Positions 1 to 62,513 of a DNA stretch of 64,000 nt are shown here, in pieces (within the stretch, counting starts at the first letter, position 1; each line of letters opens with the position of its first letter). The notes under the pieces were generated by a model. That model was not told where the DNA came from, did no database searches, and worked only from the letters and a program-made list of their open reading frames with translations. Source of the stretch: Eledone cirrhosa. Lineage: Eukaryota. The position numbers and the translations under genes were made by a program. Location of the stretch: the NCBI GenBank assembly GCA_964016885.1, contig OZ024743.1, positions 285,758,001 to 285,822,000 of the forward strand. Direction: 5' to 3'.

Positions 1-972
1 ATATTTTAGTCTTGTATCCCTTTATTCAGATCTCTGTTTAAAATGACTCACCAGGTTTGCTTATTGTTTACATATCTTATGCAGTTTTTTTCTGCTCTGC
101 TATTCTTTCTCAATATGGTTTTTCATAACTGAGCTGTTGTTTAATTCTGAGCCAGCCCTGATCAAGCTAACCTACCACTCAAGGTATATTAACCATAATT
201 GTCTCATCTTTTATCCAATCATAGTATATTTAGTGCTACATTATCTAATGCATGCTTTTCTAAGAGCATAGTGTATTTGAGAAAGATTAACTGTTATCTC
301 TATCAGGTCAAGCAACCACATTGACTCTCTCATATGGCTATCATATTGTGTCTTAATAGTCATTGCTCTTGTTTATTTCCAAGTCAACCCTGATCAACAG
401 AGCTATGATCAAAGGAATTCTAATTGCGATTATCTCATCTTTTTATCAACCACAATCCAGGCTGTGTTGTCTCACTACTTAGATTCATGAATTATTGGTG
501 CATGATGCTTATAACCCAAAATCGTCTTTGACACCTTACCCTGACTGTAACCATATTAATTTATTAAATCATTATTTCAATCTTATGTTGTGGGAGAAGG
601 TCCATACCTAATGAGACTTATATTAGGTATCGCTATGAATTTTTGAAAATATCTATGTACAGTTGATTTTTTACATGTATTTTTAGACCTGGCTAAATCC
701 AAAAGTACAAGCCACAGGGACTTGAGTTTTGGCACAAATTATCCGACTGTATGCAAAATCAAAAAAAAAAAAAAAATCACAATTACACTATATAATTTTT
801 ATTGGCAAAATTTGACCAATATTTCTCAAAGAAAAACGAAAACTTTGATCTTGCTCTCCACATATTAAAACAGTGAAAGTGAATAAACAACATTCTCAAT
901 ATGATGATTCTATTCTAATTTTGGACTCTAGAAGACTTATGTAGTTCAATTTAGTGCATTTTTTCATAGACC

Positions 973-1595
973 TCATCATCATCATCATCATCATCATCAT
1001 CGTTTAATGTCCATCTTCCACGCTTGCATGGGTTTGGACGGGAGTTTTCCCACTTGAGGCAAGTGTGGTTGTCTTGCTCGCATAGGACTGTCTGGCGGGT
1101 TTTCTACGGCTGGATGCCCTTCCTAACACCAACGACGTTTACAGTGTGGAACTGGGAGGTTTTTACCGTGTTACCTACACGCCCACATTACAGCGTGGAC
1201 TGTGTGTTTTTTTGTCGTGACACCTACACGACCTCATTTGTTTCGGACTGGATGTTGTGGTACCAACATAACTTTACATTGAAAGGGGTGGTGTATTTTG
1301 TAAGAGGTGCCTACTGACTGTAGTAGGTTTCACTTTGTACTTAGGTAAGGCGGGTCTTCTGTATTACTGTGTAGCGCCAAAGATCTCGGTCCAGTGACAT
1401 TGTCTTGGAGAGGTGTAAGTGTGTGAGGTCGGATTTTATCAAGTCGTCCCAGGTTTTTCTGGGTCTGCCTACTCCGTGGCTACTGTCTATTTTTATTGCC
1501 CTGCACTTTTTTATACAGCTGTCGTCTTTCATGCGCATCACGTGACCATACCAACGTAGTCTTCTCTCGAGTAAACATCTGATCCCTCTTATTTC
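973..1595 (-). mobile_element. RTE-type LINE 3' fragment (subfamily 1) with (GAT)n tail
   Basis: Reverse complement closely matches about 30610-31245; encodes ...WYGHVMRMKDDSCIKKC...GRPRKTW; (CAT)n at 973-1001. Confidence 0.9.
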
Positions 1596-1947
1596 TATGT
1601 TTATTTAACAATTAAGTTGTCAATTTCTTGAAATTCTGTAACAAACTTGATATTGGAAGCCTTGGATTTGTGTTCCATTTCAGCTCTCACCGCATGGGAG
1701 TACACCATTTCAACAAGTAGCGTCAATATGTGTTACGAACATCCATGGTATTCCCCTTTTTATTGACTTTGCACTTTTGTGCCATCTCATGGCCAGAATC
1801 GGCAATGGCTGTATTGAGAAATTGTGAGAATTTTTTCTTTTTTATGGTATAAAAATCTTGAAAAAAATGTTTTTTTCTAAGTGAAAATTAGCGATAAAAT
1901 TTTCACTTTTATATTTCATAATGATTATCTGACCACGCCCATCGATT

Positions 1948-1949
1948 TT

Positions 1950-1988
<39 letters not shown>

Positions 1989-1990
1989 TT
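1948..1990. repeat. (TTTA)n microsatellite
   Basis: Direct reading. Confidence 0.95.
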
Positions 1991-2797
1991 AAAATAAAGC
2001 AAAAAAAGTATTTTTCATGACTATCATTTTCAACATAAATCATTTAATCGTGCTCCAGTGCATTGAACTAGAACTAGCATTACCATTTAGCAGTCAAAAA
2101 CGAAAATGGGACATGCGTTGTAAATAGGTGGAAATATGAGAGTGATTGAGGGAATCTGACATGATATGTAACAAGAAGAAAGTTCACATCCAGAACTTTC
2201 AAAGGATATTGTCCTTGGAAAAAATGTATTTTGACATGAAAATGATCAAGCCAAAAAAATTTTTTTATGGTCAAACTAGGCTTGTTGCCCCTTCTCATAG
2301 CTCTACTGTGATACCTACTTATATATTTAGATGTATAAATGAGATATAAAAAACAGTCCTCAAAACATGTGGTAGAGCCTCTGCTTTGAATATATGTCCC
2401 TACATAAATCTTTGTAATGTGAAAATTCAGATTTTTTTAAATATTGCTGAAAGTAATTTTCACAGCTCAATATAATTTCAAACTTCATCTACTACAACTT
2501 GGGGCTAAGTAGAAGTGAAATAGCAAGTGAATAAGGTAGCAAACTATATTAGAAGTCTTGAATTCAAACTCACATTATATTATGTATTTATTCGTTATGC
2601 TTCATGTCCTATCCAGAAGAAAAATTTCCCTCATTTACTTAACACTATGAAACTAGAGCTAAGCACCAACTCTTAAAAATCCCTTTAATTCTCAGAAGGT
2701 TTAGCATTTAATAGGACTTGGTTGAGGCAAGTAGATTAACATGCTTTGCCTTGGGTACAATTTTTCCAATTGTATGAGATTTATAAATTTGAAACGA

Positions 2798-3007
2798 CTG
2801 TATATACTCGAATATAAGCCAACCTCCCTATTTTATGTCTGAAAAAATGGGCAAAAATCCAAACCCCATTTATAAGCCAAGGCAGCTAACCAACACATTA
2901 CGTTTAGATAGCGAATATAAGCCGACTATTTTCCCCCCATTTTCTCATCAATTGCTTTTTTTTTTTTTTTGTCACATATTCCTCTGCTTATATTTGAGTA
3001 TATACAG
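2798..3007. mobile_element. Tc1/mariner-superfamily (Tc2-like) MITE
   Basis: Terminal inverted repeats CTGTATATACTCGAATATAAGC ... GCTTATATTTGAGTATATACAG, followed by TA on the right; a related inverted copy is at about 17657-18044. Confidence 0.7.
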
Positions 3008-4799
3008 TAATTAACTCAAAGAAAATTCTTTTTACAATATGGCTTCATTGTTTTCCTGAAGTATATGGTCTGATATAATCTACTTGTGCAGGCTGTTGCA
3101 TATTTAGAAACTTTGATTATGCAATAATACAACTGATAATTGATGTGACACATTCCAATTGCATTTCTGTTTTGTGTTTATTTTTCTGTCATTTTGTACA
3201 CAAAACCAAACATTAATGACATTACTACCAAAGTTAAACTTGCTAACCATATAATTTGGTTGAGGGTATTCTGGTAATAAGATACTTCATAAACTCTAAT
3301 CATCACTGCTTTCAATCCAAGGACAGAGAGAAGAGCTTTCTACCCCAAGATGTGACTATTTGTAGCTAATGCAGGCATGTTATTTTATTATGTAAAGCTA
3401 TATTTGTTAGTAATTATACCAGTATTTAATAGGTATTCTCTCTTCGGAGAATTTTACTTCTCCATTCTACTCTTATTGGGTTTCTTTTAACCATTTCAGA
3501 ACTAAAGTATCGGTCGTGACTGATAACAAAACATTTCAAAACTTTTATAACTGCTGTATTGTTTGTTTATTTTTTCTCATTCCAAAATAGATTTTTGTAA
3601 ATAGAAGGTATAACAAAATCATCATAGCATTATTTATAATGCCAACAATGTAAACTTGCTTTGTTAATAAGTTTTGCTTAGCTGCAAGCTAAAATACTTA
3701 TGTCTTTTGAAATGTGATAAATTAATTGTTATTTATTGCCTTGCACAAATACACATATATCTCATCATTAACATTTACATTGCATCTACCATCTTTGGGT
3801 AATGCTTCTCGTCTAAAATTATTCTGTTTGCAATCTTCAAAGTAATTCCTATGGATTGAGTAAAGTCTTTGTTGTCCAATCTACGATCATAATCTATGAG
3901 CTGGTCACAAACAACATTGGACATTACCATCTTCTTTGTTCCATGTCCACCTGATGCTGATTGTCTAGACATTTCAAAAAAATAAGCAATTTAACTCTCA
4001 AACAATTACATCAATTACATGCTGCACTGTACCTCAAGAAAGCTTTTCGTGCAACAATTTTAGAAGTTGTACTCTCCATTAGATTTCATCAATACATAAT
4101 TCTGTGGATAACAACTTTTATAAAGGAAATAACTCTTATAAAAAAATTTGGTGATCATATTCTCCAACTGATAAAATCTTGTTTGCTATATCATCTTTGT
4201 GATGATACATCAATCTTGGCTAATTAAATTAAGTTAAAGTGTTTGTTGGTACCAAAATGTATTGGCTCTAGCTTTCATTTAGACAACATTGACTTCATGG
4301 AGAAAGATTTGCAGCATCGGCAACTGCTCGTCTTATCCATGCATGCAGTCTAGAGAGGAACTTTCTAGATGCAAATACAGGATCAACCCTGATCATCAGA
4401 TACTTTCATATATGCCTCAAAAAATTAGCATACGTTAGAGAACGAGGTCCCTCATGCCAAAAACAATGGTTTGTCATGGTTAGAAGGCTTTTTTTACTAT
4501 AGGCCTACTCGGTCATAGCGGTCCTGGGTGCTAAGCAACTACTATAAAAGTTTCCATCCAAAAAGTATCCTCTATCCTCTCAACACTTTCTTTGTCATTT
4601 ACACTCATAGCTTCAGCTACTTTACCATTTATTCCCATACAAAAAAAAAAAAGTGTGCACTAAATAATTTCTATATATCAAAACCCATGTCACTGTCAAA
4701 ATGATATCTTTAAGACAGTGTGTTAGCACTAGTATATATATATATGTGTGTAGCTAACTGAACACTTTTTTTTTTCTAAAAAAAAAAAAAAAAAAGTTT

Positions 4800-4985
4800 T
4801 CTATTTCTTCTCACTCTCTATCTTTTTCTTCTTTTATTTCTCATTCTATCTTCTGGTGAAGAGCTAAAATCTGAAACATTAAAACCCTTTTCCTATTATA
4901 TCAAGTGATAAACCAATATATGTCTTCATTGTGTTGTATCATTTTGCTGTGCTGTTTTCCATTTATTATATATATATTTATATAT
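4800..4985 (+). mobile_element. Penelope-like terminal remnant (copy 1)
   Basis: Similar to the reverse complement of 57338-57530; contains decayed CTGGTGAAGAGCTAAAATCTGAAACATTAA. Confidence 0.45.
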
Positions 4986-6744
4986 ATATGAGGATGGAAA
5001 ATAAAGTTGTGGCTGACAAGATTTGAGCTATGTATAGAGCCATTGAGGTGACAAATTGGCAGAGCTGTCACAATGCTGGATAAAATGCTTTGCAGTATTC
5101 ACTCTGGCTCTAGAGGTTGATAAAGAAAAGTAAAAGTCCAGTACTAGGGTTGATTCTTCCTCTATATCTCTTTCACACTGTCTCTCTCTGCCCTTGCCTG
5201 GAAGAAACCAGCTATGTTCAGACATGGAGGGGCAATAGGCTCTACTATGTTTAAAATACCCTAGAAACACCCTCTGTCACTCCATTAGTAGTTATGGGTT
5301 CATACATACATACATATATAGAGCCATTGCTAGAATGGCACCACTCCAGTAGTATCTCACAGTCAAGTCTAAGAGAGAAATAACATCCCAATTCTTTGCT
5401 GGTACTTTATTGGCCCCTAAAGGCAAAGTTGACATCAGCAGCTTTTGAACTCAGTCAGAACAAATACTGCAAGGCATTTTATTCAACCCTCTAATGATTC
5501 TGCCTATATCCTGCAGGCTATTTAATGTACTACTGAACCAGAAATGTGTCACCTAAAGATAACCAAACTATTTACTAATTGAAACAAGCTCTCATTTATT
5601 ATTGGCCATGTCTTCTTCAGTAACTATGAATATACACTGATAAACACAGTTATGATAAGCATCATTTAATGTCTGTTTTCCTCCTAGCAAGGGTTGGATG
5701 GGTCAACACAAAACAGGCCAGTACTTGATTGGAGCTACTGAGCTCTCAGACTGGCCAGGGACCACATCTCATTTACATACATTTCTGAACTTTACAGAAT
5801 TTACTTGGTGCACCAAGAGGCACCACCACTAGGGAGATTGTCATGACTTTGACATAACTGAAGAATCCTCAATCTTTTATTTGGCAAATTTTCTATTTCT
5901 GGATACCCTTCCTGTCACCAACTACTTTACAGGGTGTACTTCGTACATTTTATTGTGGCACCATCACTAGGGAGGTTATCATTTATTGACTCTACTAAAG
6001 AGCTTTCCCTTTACTCTGTGTCGGGGGAGATGACGACCTGTCCCAAATGGGACATGTTTAAGGGAAATGAGGAGGGGAAGTAAAAACGATAAGTATGATG
6101 TCATGGTTGAGTGACAATAGGTTAATCTAAAATAAAATTGATTTTTGTGTGTTGGTCAGTTCTCTAAAGAAAATTAATGATTTGTAGATAATGAAGATAT
6201 AATTCAGTTGCTTACAGATAGCAAGCCATAATTAGCCTTATTGTACACAATGCAACTGTAATTATTTTCTTATTAAGATGGTGGTAGGACTTCACCAATT
6301 ATGTAATAGTATATACATTGCTTTAATACTAATTAGTCTTCTGGTGAAATCAAATAATGCCAGTAAGGTACAGTGATCAACCTATGTGCATTTGCTTTAA
6401 CTTGGTGATTCTCCAGAACTCTGTGTGTGGTTGTTGTGTGCATACATTAGTGTAAGTATTATTTATACAGAATATATTTTGCTTACATATGACTGGTCTT
6501 TGATACCACCCTTGCTACTATCTTGCTACATAGATGAAACTTGCACAACTTACAACCTAAGTACACCTAATGTAGCCAATTAGGGTCTTCATGCTGTGTT
6601 GTAGAGTGGCAGTCCCCAACTACTGGGCCATGGACCAATACTAGGTCACAAAGAATGAATGAAAACCTTTTATCCATTTTATTGACATCACAGTCATCTT
6701 TGTTGAGTTGAGTCATATTTACAATATAAATGTAATAGTTAAAT

Positions 6745-7118
6745 TAATAATTGTTTCTACTTTTGGCACAAGGCCAGCAATTATACTTTATTTTATCGAC
6801 CCCGTAAGGATGAAAGGCAAAGTTAACCTCAGCGGGATTTGAACTCGGGCCATAAAGGGCCGTAACTCTTTGCTGCAAAGCATGGCGTCCGACCCTCTAT
6901 CGATACTGCCAATCCAGTGCACTTAAATTAATAATTGTTTCTTCTTTTGGCACAAGGCCAGCAATTAACCAGTGTATTACTGGTACTTTATTTTATTGAC
7001 CACATAAGGATGAAAGGCAAAGTTAACCTTGGCGGGATTTGAACTCAGAATGGCAAGGGCCATAACTCTATGCGTCAAAGCATGGCGTCCGACCCGCTAC
7101 CGATACTGCCAATCCACC
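6745..7118 (-). mobile_element. Two tandem tRNA-derived SINE copies (family A)
   Basis: Each reverse-complements to TGGCAGTATCGG/A (A box)...GAGTTCAAATCC (B box)...GCCTTTCATCCTTA(C/T)G...(TTA)n; bounded by three copies of TTAAATTAATAAT. Confidence 0.85.
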
Positions 7119-7265
7119 ATACTTAAATTAATAATAAAAGTATATAATATACACTTTATTGTTTATTGTTTTGTTATGCTTATAACCAACCCACACACAT
7201 ATACCCATTGTTCCACTGAGAAATTATCTTGCATGACACTGGTCTGTGGAGAAATTGTCATGCAT

Positions 7266-7602
7266 GGAGGCACATGGCTTAGTGGTTAGAGCATTGCCCT
7301 TGCAATCGAAAGGTTGTGAGTTCAATTCTCAGACCGGGTGATGTGTTGTTTCCTTGAACAAGACACTTGATTTCACATTGCTCCAGTTTACTCAGCTGTA
7401 GAAATGAGATGATAGGGACTGGGGTCCATATCATTCCACTGCAAAGTGGTCGTGGAGGTGCCACGGCAAAAAAGCACCCAGCACTCACTGTAAATGAGGT
7501 TGGTGTTAGGAAGGGCATCCAGCTGTAGAAATCAAGCCAGAATCAGTTCCTGTCCCACCCTTGCATGCAGGGAAAAGCGGGCGTAAAATGATGATGATGA
7601 TG
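7266..7602 (+). mobile_element. tRNA-derived CORE-like SINE (family B) with RTE-derived 3' tail
   Basis: A box TGGCTTAGTGG, B box GAGTTCAATTC, CORE-like TTTCCTTGAACAAGACACTT...CAGCTGTAGAAATGAG; tail shared with the LINE 3' UTR at 24385-24545; ends in (GAT)n. Confidence 0.85.
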
Positions 7603-9759
7603 CCAGTCCGTGGTGCAAAAAGGTGGGGACCGCTGTTGTAGAGTATTTACAAATATTTCAAAGCAAAACAAAAGAAAAACATGTTTTAGATTTGGTCATC
7701 ACAAAGTAAGAAACAATATTGTCCCTGTTCAGATTTTTTTCTTTTGCTAAGTACAAAGCCGATTTTTTTTTTTTTTTTTTTTTTTTTAAGAGGAATTAGC
7801 AATTACAATTGAATCCAACTTATTGATGTTTATTGACCTCAATATACTACTGGTATATTTTCTGATGAACTCAAAAATGAGCAACAGGGATGAAGCTAAA
7901 TACTTATTCAGTGCTATACCATTGTGCCCAGCTCTACTGCCCCTTACATGGTCTTTGTCTCTTTGTGATCTGTACAGGTCTGATTTAGACTGACATTTTA
8001 CCAAAAAAATTCATCTTTGTAACTGTTTCTTCAGAACTCTGTCATTGCTCATGCCTTTTCACCAATTACTGACTTGCAACTATTGAAGCTAAATGTTAGC
8101 TGTTGTACTAACCTAACCTAATTACAATGCCCTTTAGGTTTGGGAAAAACAATCATCATTACCATTTTAATATCCATTTTCTTTCTCCTTTTTTTTTACC
8201 ATATTGGCAGACATTGCAGTGTCTGATAGAGTATACTCAATTTATCTTGATCTTAAGTAATTTTGTGATGTCCAACATTCTCAAAATTTTCTTTGCCACT
8301 TTCTAAATTTTGTTTAGTTCTAAGACAATAGCCTCTCAGTCTTTATTTTCCATACAACTGTTAAAATTGGAAGGACTTCTTTTTAGTTATAAGCTATCTT
8401 ATCTATTAGCATTCTATCATAAAAGGTGGGAATCATCAAATTAGATAGATCAGTTTTCTAAAATCTTTTAGAAGGGAAGTACAAATGTATATGTGTATAC
8501 ATACTTGTGTGTGTGTATGTTAAAAACTAACCTTACACAATTATGCCTCTCAAAGGCAATGACAGAATTATGATCTCTACTATGCACCCCTCCCCCTCTA
8601 TATACTTCCCACATCCTCCCGCACCCAGTCCACATGGTCATTTGATTTGGCTTGTCTCAAAACAGGATGACTTGTCTAACCCATGCTAGCGTGGAAAAAT
8701 GGATGTTAAATGGTGATAATTATATATATATATACATATTGTGTGTGTGCTAAACATACTAAAAATCATGAAGTATCATCTTCATCATTTTAAGGGTCAC
8801 TTGTTTGTTTGGGTATGGTTAGACTGTTTTTCAACATATATTCATTAGTGTCAATCCTGCACCAGATTTCCTGTTAGGCTCATCCTTTTTTTATCTGAAC
8901 TTACTACTTTTTAATAAATTTGTATATAAATTATGTCTTTACTAGTTATTGAAATTTATTATGTTTTATATTATACAATTATTAAGAGTCAGTGTAATCT
9001 GTCATCACTTCCTGAAGAAAAAAGTCTTGAAATCTTTTCATAATGAATATTTTCTTTACATAATAAATATTTAAGCAGAACAATTAAATTTTGTAAATGA
9101 TAGACACATTGAATTTATCAATGTGACAGCTTGCCAATTTGACTATTGAACTTTCCATTGTAAGATCAAGAGTTTATTTTTCAACATTGATGACACCAAA
9201 AGGTATTACAGCTCATAAGTAATAGCAACTGCTACTGTCTTAAAAAGGACAAAAAGTACATTCAATAATGTAGCCCTATATATACTATGTCTGCAAAAAT
9301 GATGGAATGATCATAACTAGAATGCCTTGGATCATAAACCTGTTTGATTAAGGCTGACCTGGAGTTAAGCAACAATAACGGGCATTGTATAAATGACAAA
9401 TGTTTCATTTACATGCAATAGTGTTCAGTTTTTTTTCCTTGTATTTCTCTAAATATATTACTACATTAAGACAAAGCTATGACTTTGTTTGTGTTGGAAC
9501 ACACTTCTTCATTTCTAATACGTATATATACACAATTGCTGTGAAAAGGGAAAGCAGGAGGTAGTTTAACATGGAATACACTTTGCTCAGTGCATGCAAA
9601 CCAAAGAAGCCTCTAATCTGCTGCTCAACCTGCAAGTAGGGTGAAGTAATTTCTAATTTTTAAGAGTAGATATAATACTCCACCCCAGTCACTATCTATC
9701 TATGTCCTTCCTCTCTTTCATTTTTCCTGTGCTTTTTTTTCTTCTGGCTCATGGCTTAA

Positions 9760-9955
9760 CCCCTTACCATATAAACCGGCTGTATCTGGCCAGAATTCTT
9801 TCACCTCTTTCTGTTCAAATTGGCTGTAACCTGCTGCTCATGCCCATGTTAAGGTATTGTTCTCAAAATAAATATTAAAATCTCATAGATTCAATATTAT
9901 GTGAAGTAAAGCCTTTATCGGGAAAATACAATAGTAAATATAGAGTAATGTAAAT
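9760..9955. mobile_element. piggyBac-like TTAA MITE, degraded, inverted relative to the 27304 and 49674 copies
   Basis: Starts TTAA|CCCCTTA; reverse complement matches 49674-49884. Confidence 0.65.
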
Positions 9956-10446
9956 TGTGATGCCAGCTAATCATACACTTTCATATACCATCCACCATTC
10001 AATTGGGTGGGGGTCATATTTTTCTCACACTCAAAAAAACATTTTTTATATGTTTAAAGATAATTCCAGAAGTATGCAATTTTAAGAATTGTTGGAATAT
10101 TGGAACAGGGCTGAAGGTGTTCTTTTTTTCTATTTGACTTATCTCATTTGTCTTTTTACAAGGTTGAATAAATGCATGAGGAAACATTCTACATTTCATA
10201 TCCAAATCCCTCCAGGATCATTGAAATGAGTTCCAATAATATATACTGAGGTTGAATTAATCAGCTATATGGTGCAAGGAAATGTGGACATTAAAGATGA
10301 TGATGATGATTCCTTATTCACACACTCAGAGCACAATAAAATGGATCTTAAGAAATTAATATTTGATTTTAGTGCATTAATAAATTGCAACTCATTTACT
10401 GAATTATTTATTGGGGTCTAATATATATTTCTTTTTTTCTTTACAG

Positions 10447-59963
<49,517 letters not shown>

Positions 59964-60338
59964 GGTTTTTCAGACATTTCAGTCAGTGACGGTTGACTTG
60001 GCAAACATTACTGTTTCCTCTTTATCTTCATGGAGAAATTTACTTAAATTTTGGGGTCTTTCTTATTTTTGTACTCTTTGGATCAATGTCCCATTGCATT
60101 TTTGAAGAATGTAGTTAACAACCATGTCATGTCTTCTACAAATTGTTTTGAATTAGGTTAGCAATTAAGCTCCTTCAATTCTGTCATTTCATTAAACCTG
60201 TGATTTTTTTCTTTTTTTTTAAGTGCTGTCCTAATTTTCATTGGGTCTAAATAATATTTTGTTAATTTTTATTTGTTTTCCTGTAAAGGTACAAAAATGC
60301 TCTCTTGTTTTTTATAGGGTTTAAATTTTGTCCATATT

Positions 60339-60371
<33 letters not shown>

Positions 60372-62310
60372 GTGTGTGTGTGTATGTCTATATATATATG
60401 TGTGTGTGTATATATATATGTGTGTGTGTGTGTGTATTGTGTGAGTGTATTGTGTGAGTGTATGTGTGTGAAAGAATGAAGTCAAGCTGTATTTTCCTTT
60501 TATCATCAGATTATTATTTTCCTCCTTTTTTCAGTAAATAAAGCAGTAAACAAGAATGCAAATAACATACTTATATATAATGTGCATTTGTTTGGTTTCA
60601 GTCTGACACCACACACACACACACACACATTTACAGTTATTGTTTGTCTCTCAGTTTCTAGTTTCCTCTTCTCCTACGCATATCTTTATTTCTAATTTAT
60701 TCTTTACTGGCCAACTTGCGTTGAAACTTCTGTCTCTTATGTGACTATGTTGTACTCTTTTTTTTTATCAGTAAATTGTATTTCTGTGTGAAACAGTTAT
60801 ATATGTGCACATGTTTCCCTTACAAACTTGTATGTTCCTGGCCAAATTGCGCAAAATGGAGAAAAAAAAAACTTCTGTACTTTACTTCCCTAGGATGTTC
60901 TCACATATATTTGCATGTTCAGCTTTTTTATAGCTTTCATTTAATAAATTATTTTCCTAAGCAACCCTTTCCCCTTTTTTTTTCATCTTTGCTATAAAAA
61001 AATTCTGAATAAATAAAAAAAAAAATGAAAAGAAGGATTTATAAACATATTAAATAACCTACTTTAAAGAGGAGACATTTTTCTCTGATATTTTCTGCTG
61101 CATTTGTTCAACTTGAACAAATTATTTTATGTGAAGAATTTCTGTTCTCTCTATCACTATCTACTGTATCTTTTAATGTTTTTTTTAGGGTGTTATTAGG
61201 CAGCTAAACGGCTGTGGTTTGATCCACAGGCAGCACCATTTATCACTGGCCTCCCCATTCCACATCCCCAACTTGTTGGAGTTGTATAATAACTATATTG
61301 ATGCCATAAAAATCACTCAGTTGAGTGAATGACTCTAGCTTTAGATACCTCAATCTAAGGCTGGCACAAACCAACCATGAGACTTTCAAGGAAGTAATAG
61401 GACTGTCCTTATTTTATGAATGGAAATTAAAATTGAAATATAAAGTTTACTTTTAAAAAAAGTGATAAATAAATATCATTAGATAATTGTGAAAATATTG
61501 TAGCAGCTGTGCCACATGAATACACGCACATATAATTGATACTCAGGTGGTATGCAAAAACTAAACAATTTCTGAAGGCCGTTTACTCCAGTCAGCTTTA
61601 GAGGGCTCTGAGATAAATGTTTCCTTTATTTCAATCTTTGTGGAAGTATTGTAATCAAAGTTGAAGTGGGTGATTGAAATGTTTGCTGCTTAGAGAGTGG
61701 AGATCTGCAAATCACTGTTAAACAAATGGAAAGCAAGACAATTAGGAAACTTTTGGAACTAACAAAATTATATTTAATGGCTTGAAATTTTTTTTTAATT
61801 TTATGATAAATTTAAATATCTTTTATTCCTTTTTAACTAAATATTTTATTGTTATGCTTTCTTCCTTTTCGTAATTTCCATAAATTCCAATCCCTCTCAC
61901 TTGCTTCTATCTATCTATCTATCTATCTCTCTATCCATCCATCTATCTATCTTTATTTTTTTTTTTTTTTGCTCTTTCCAGTTTATGTTGATCAAAAATT
62001 CCCACCTTTACCAGAGCCCTTTTTGTTTGGAGTTTGTTTTAACCAACACTTTATTTTTAGATCGTGTTTTATAATCATGTGTGAGGATGTTTTAGTGTAT
62101 GCCTATATACACTTTCACTTGTATTTAAACACAATGTCCTGTAAACTTTCTGTCTTAGCCTACTTCCTTCAGTTTCTGCTGCTACTGCTTGCTTCCCAAA
62201 TTTTGCTGCTGACAGAAAGATGAAGAAAGTTGTTGCTGATCTGTGGCAATTTCTAAAATAACCCCCTCTAATGTACGTCCCATAAACTGTAATAAAGTAT
62301 CTTGAAAAAA
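59964..62310 (+). promoter_or_regulatory. Probable long Ras 3' UTR with candidate poly(A) signals
   Basis: U-rich, largely TE-free stretch after the stop codon; AATAAA at 60537-60542, 61008-61017 and 62291-62296. The true end cannot be fixed from DNA alone. Confidence 0.5.
60338..60470. repeat. (TG)n/(TA)n compound microsatellite in the probable 3' UTR
   Basis: Direct reading. Confidence 0.95.
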
Positions 62311-62473
62311 AAAAGAAACAACAAATGTTGTTACTTGTTATAATTATTTTCCAATCTTCAAATATTTTTTACTGTCATACAAGATATATTTTCAAAGAAT
62401 AATTTTATTCACCAAGTTGCTGTAAAATATATCTTGCTGGAATCTAGTAATTGTAATGGCTTAAAAAAAAAGA

Positions 62474-62513
<40 letters not shown>

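Larger units (their letters stand above)
6607..7635. mobile_element. hAT (Charlie-like) non-autonomous element carrying three nested SINEs
   Basis: 8-bp target-site duplication TTGTAGAG at 6599-6606 and 7636-7643; ends TGGCAGTCCCCAAC... and ...GGTGGGGACCGCTG are imperfect inverted repeats. Confidence 0.8.

Noticed and set aside
3400-4500. Possible decayed transposase or gene fragment (also about 40560-41700)
   Set aside because: Composition hints at old coding DNA, but I could not recognise any motif; it needs a translated database search.
7266-7340. tRNA gene
   Set aside because: A and B boxes are present, but the sequence continues into a CORE-like block and LINE tail and recurs in several copies; it is a SINE head.
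8559-8573. ATG ACA GAA as the Ras start (MTE...)
   Set aside because: Continues TTA TGA (stop), with no YKLVVVG and no suitable donor. The first coding exon was not found in the window.
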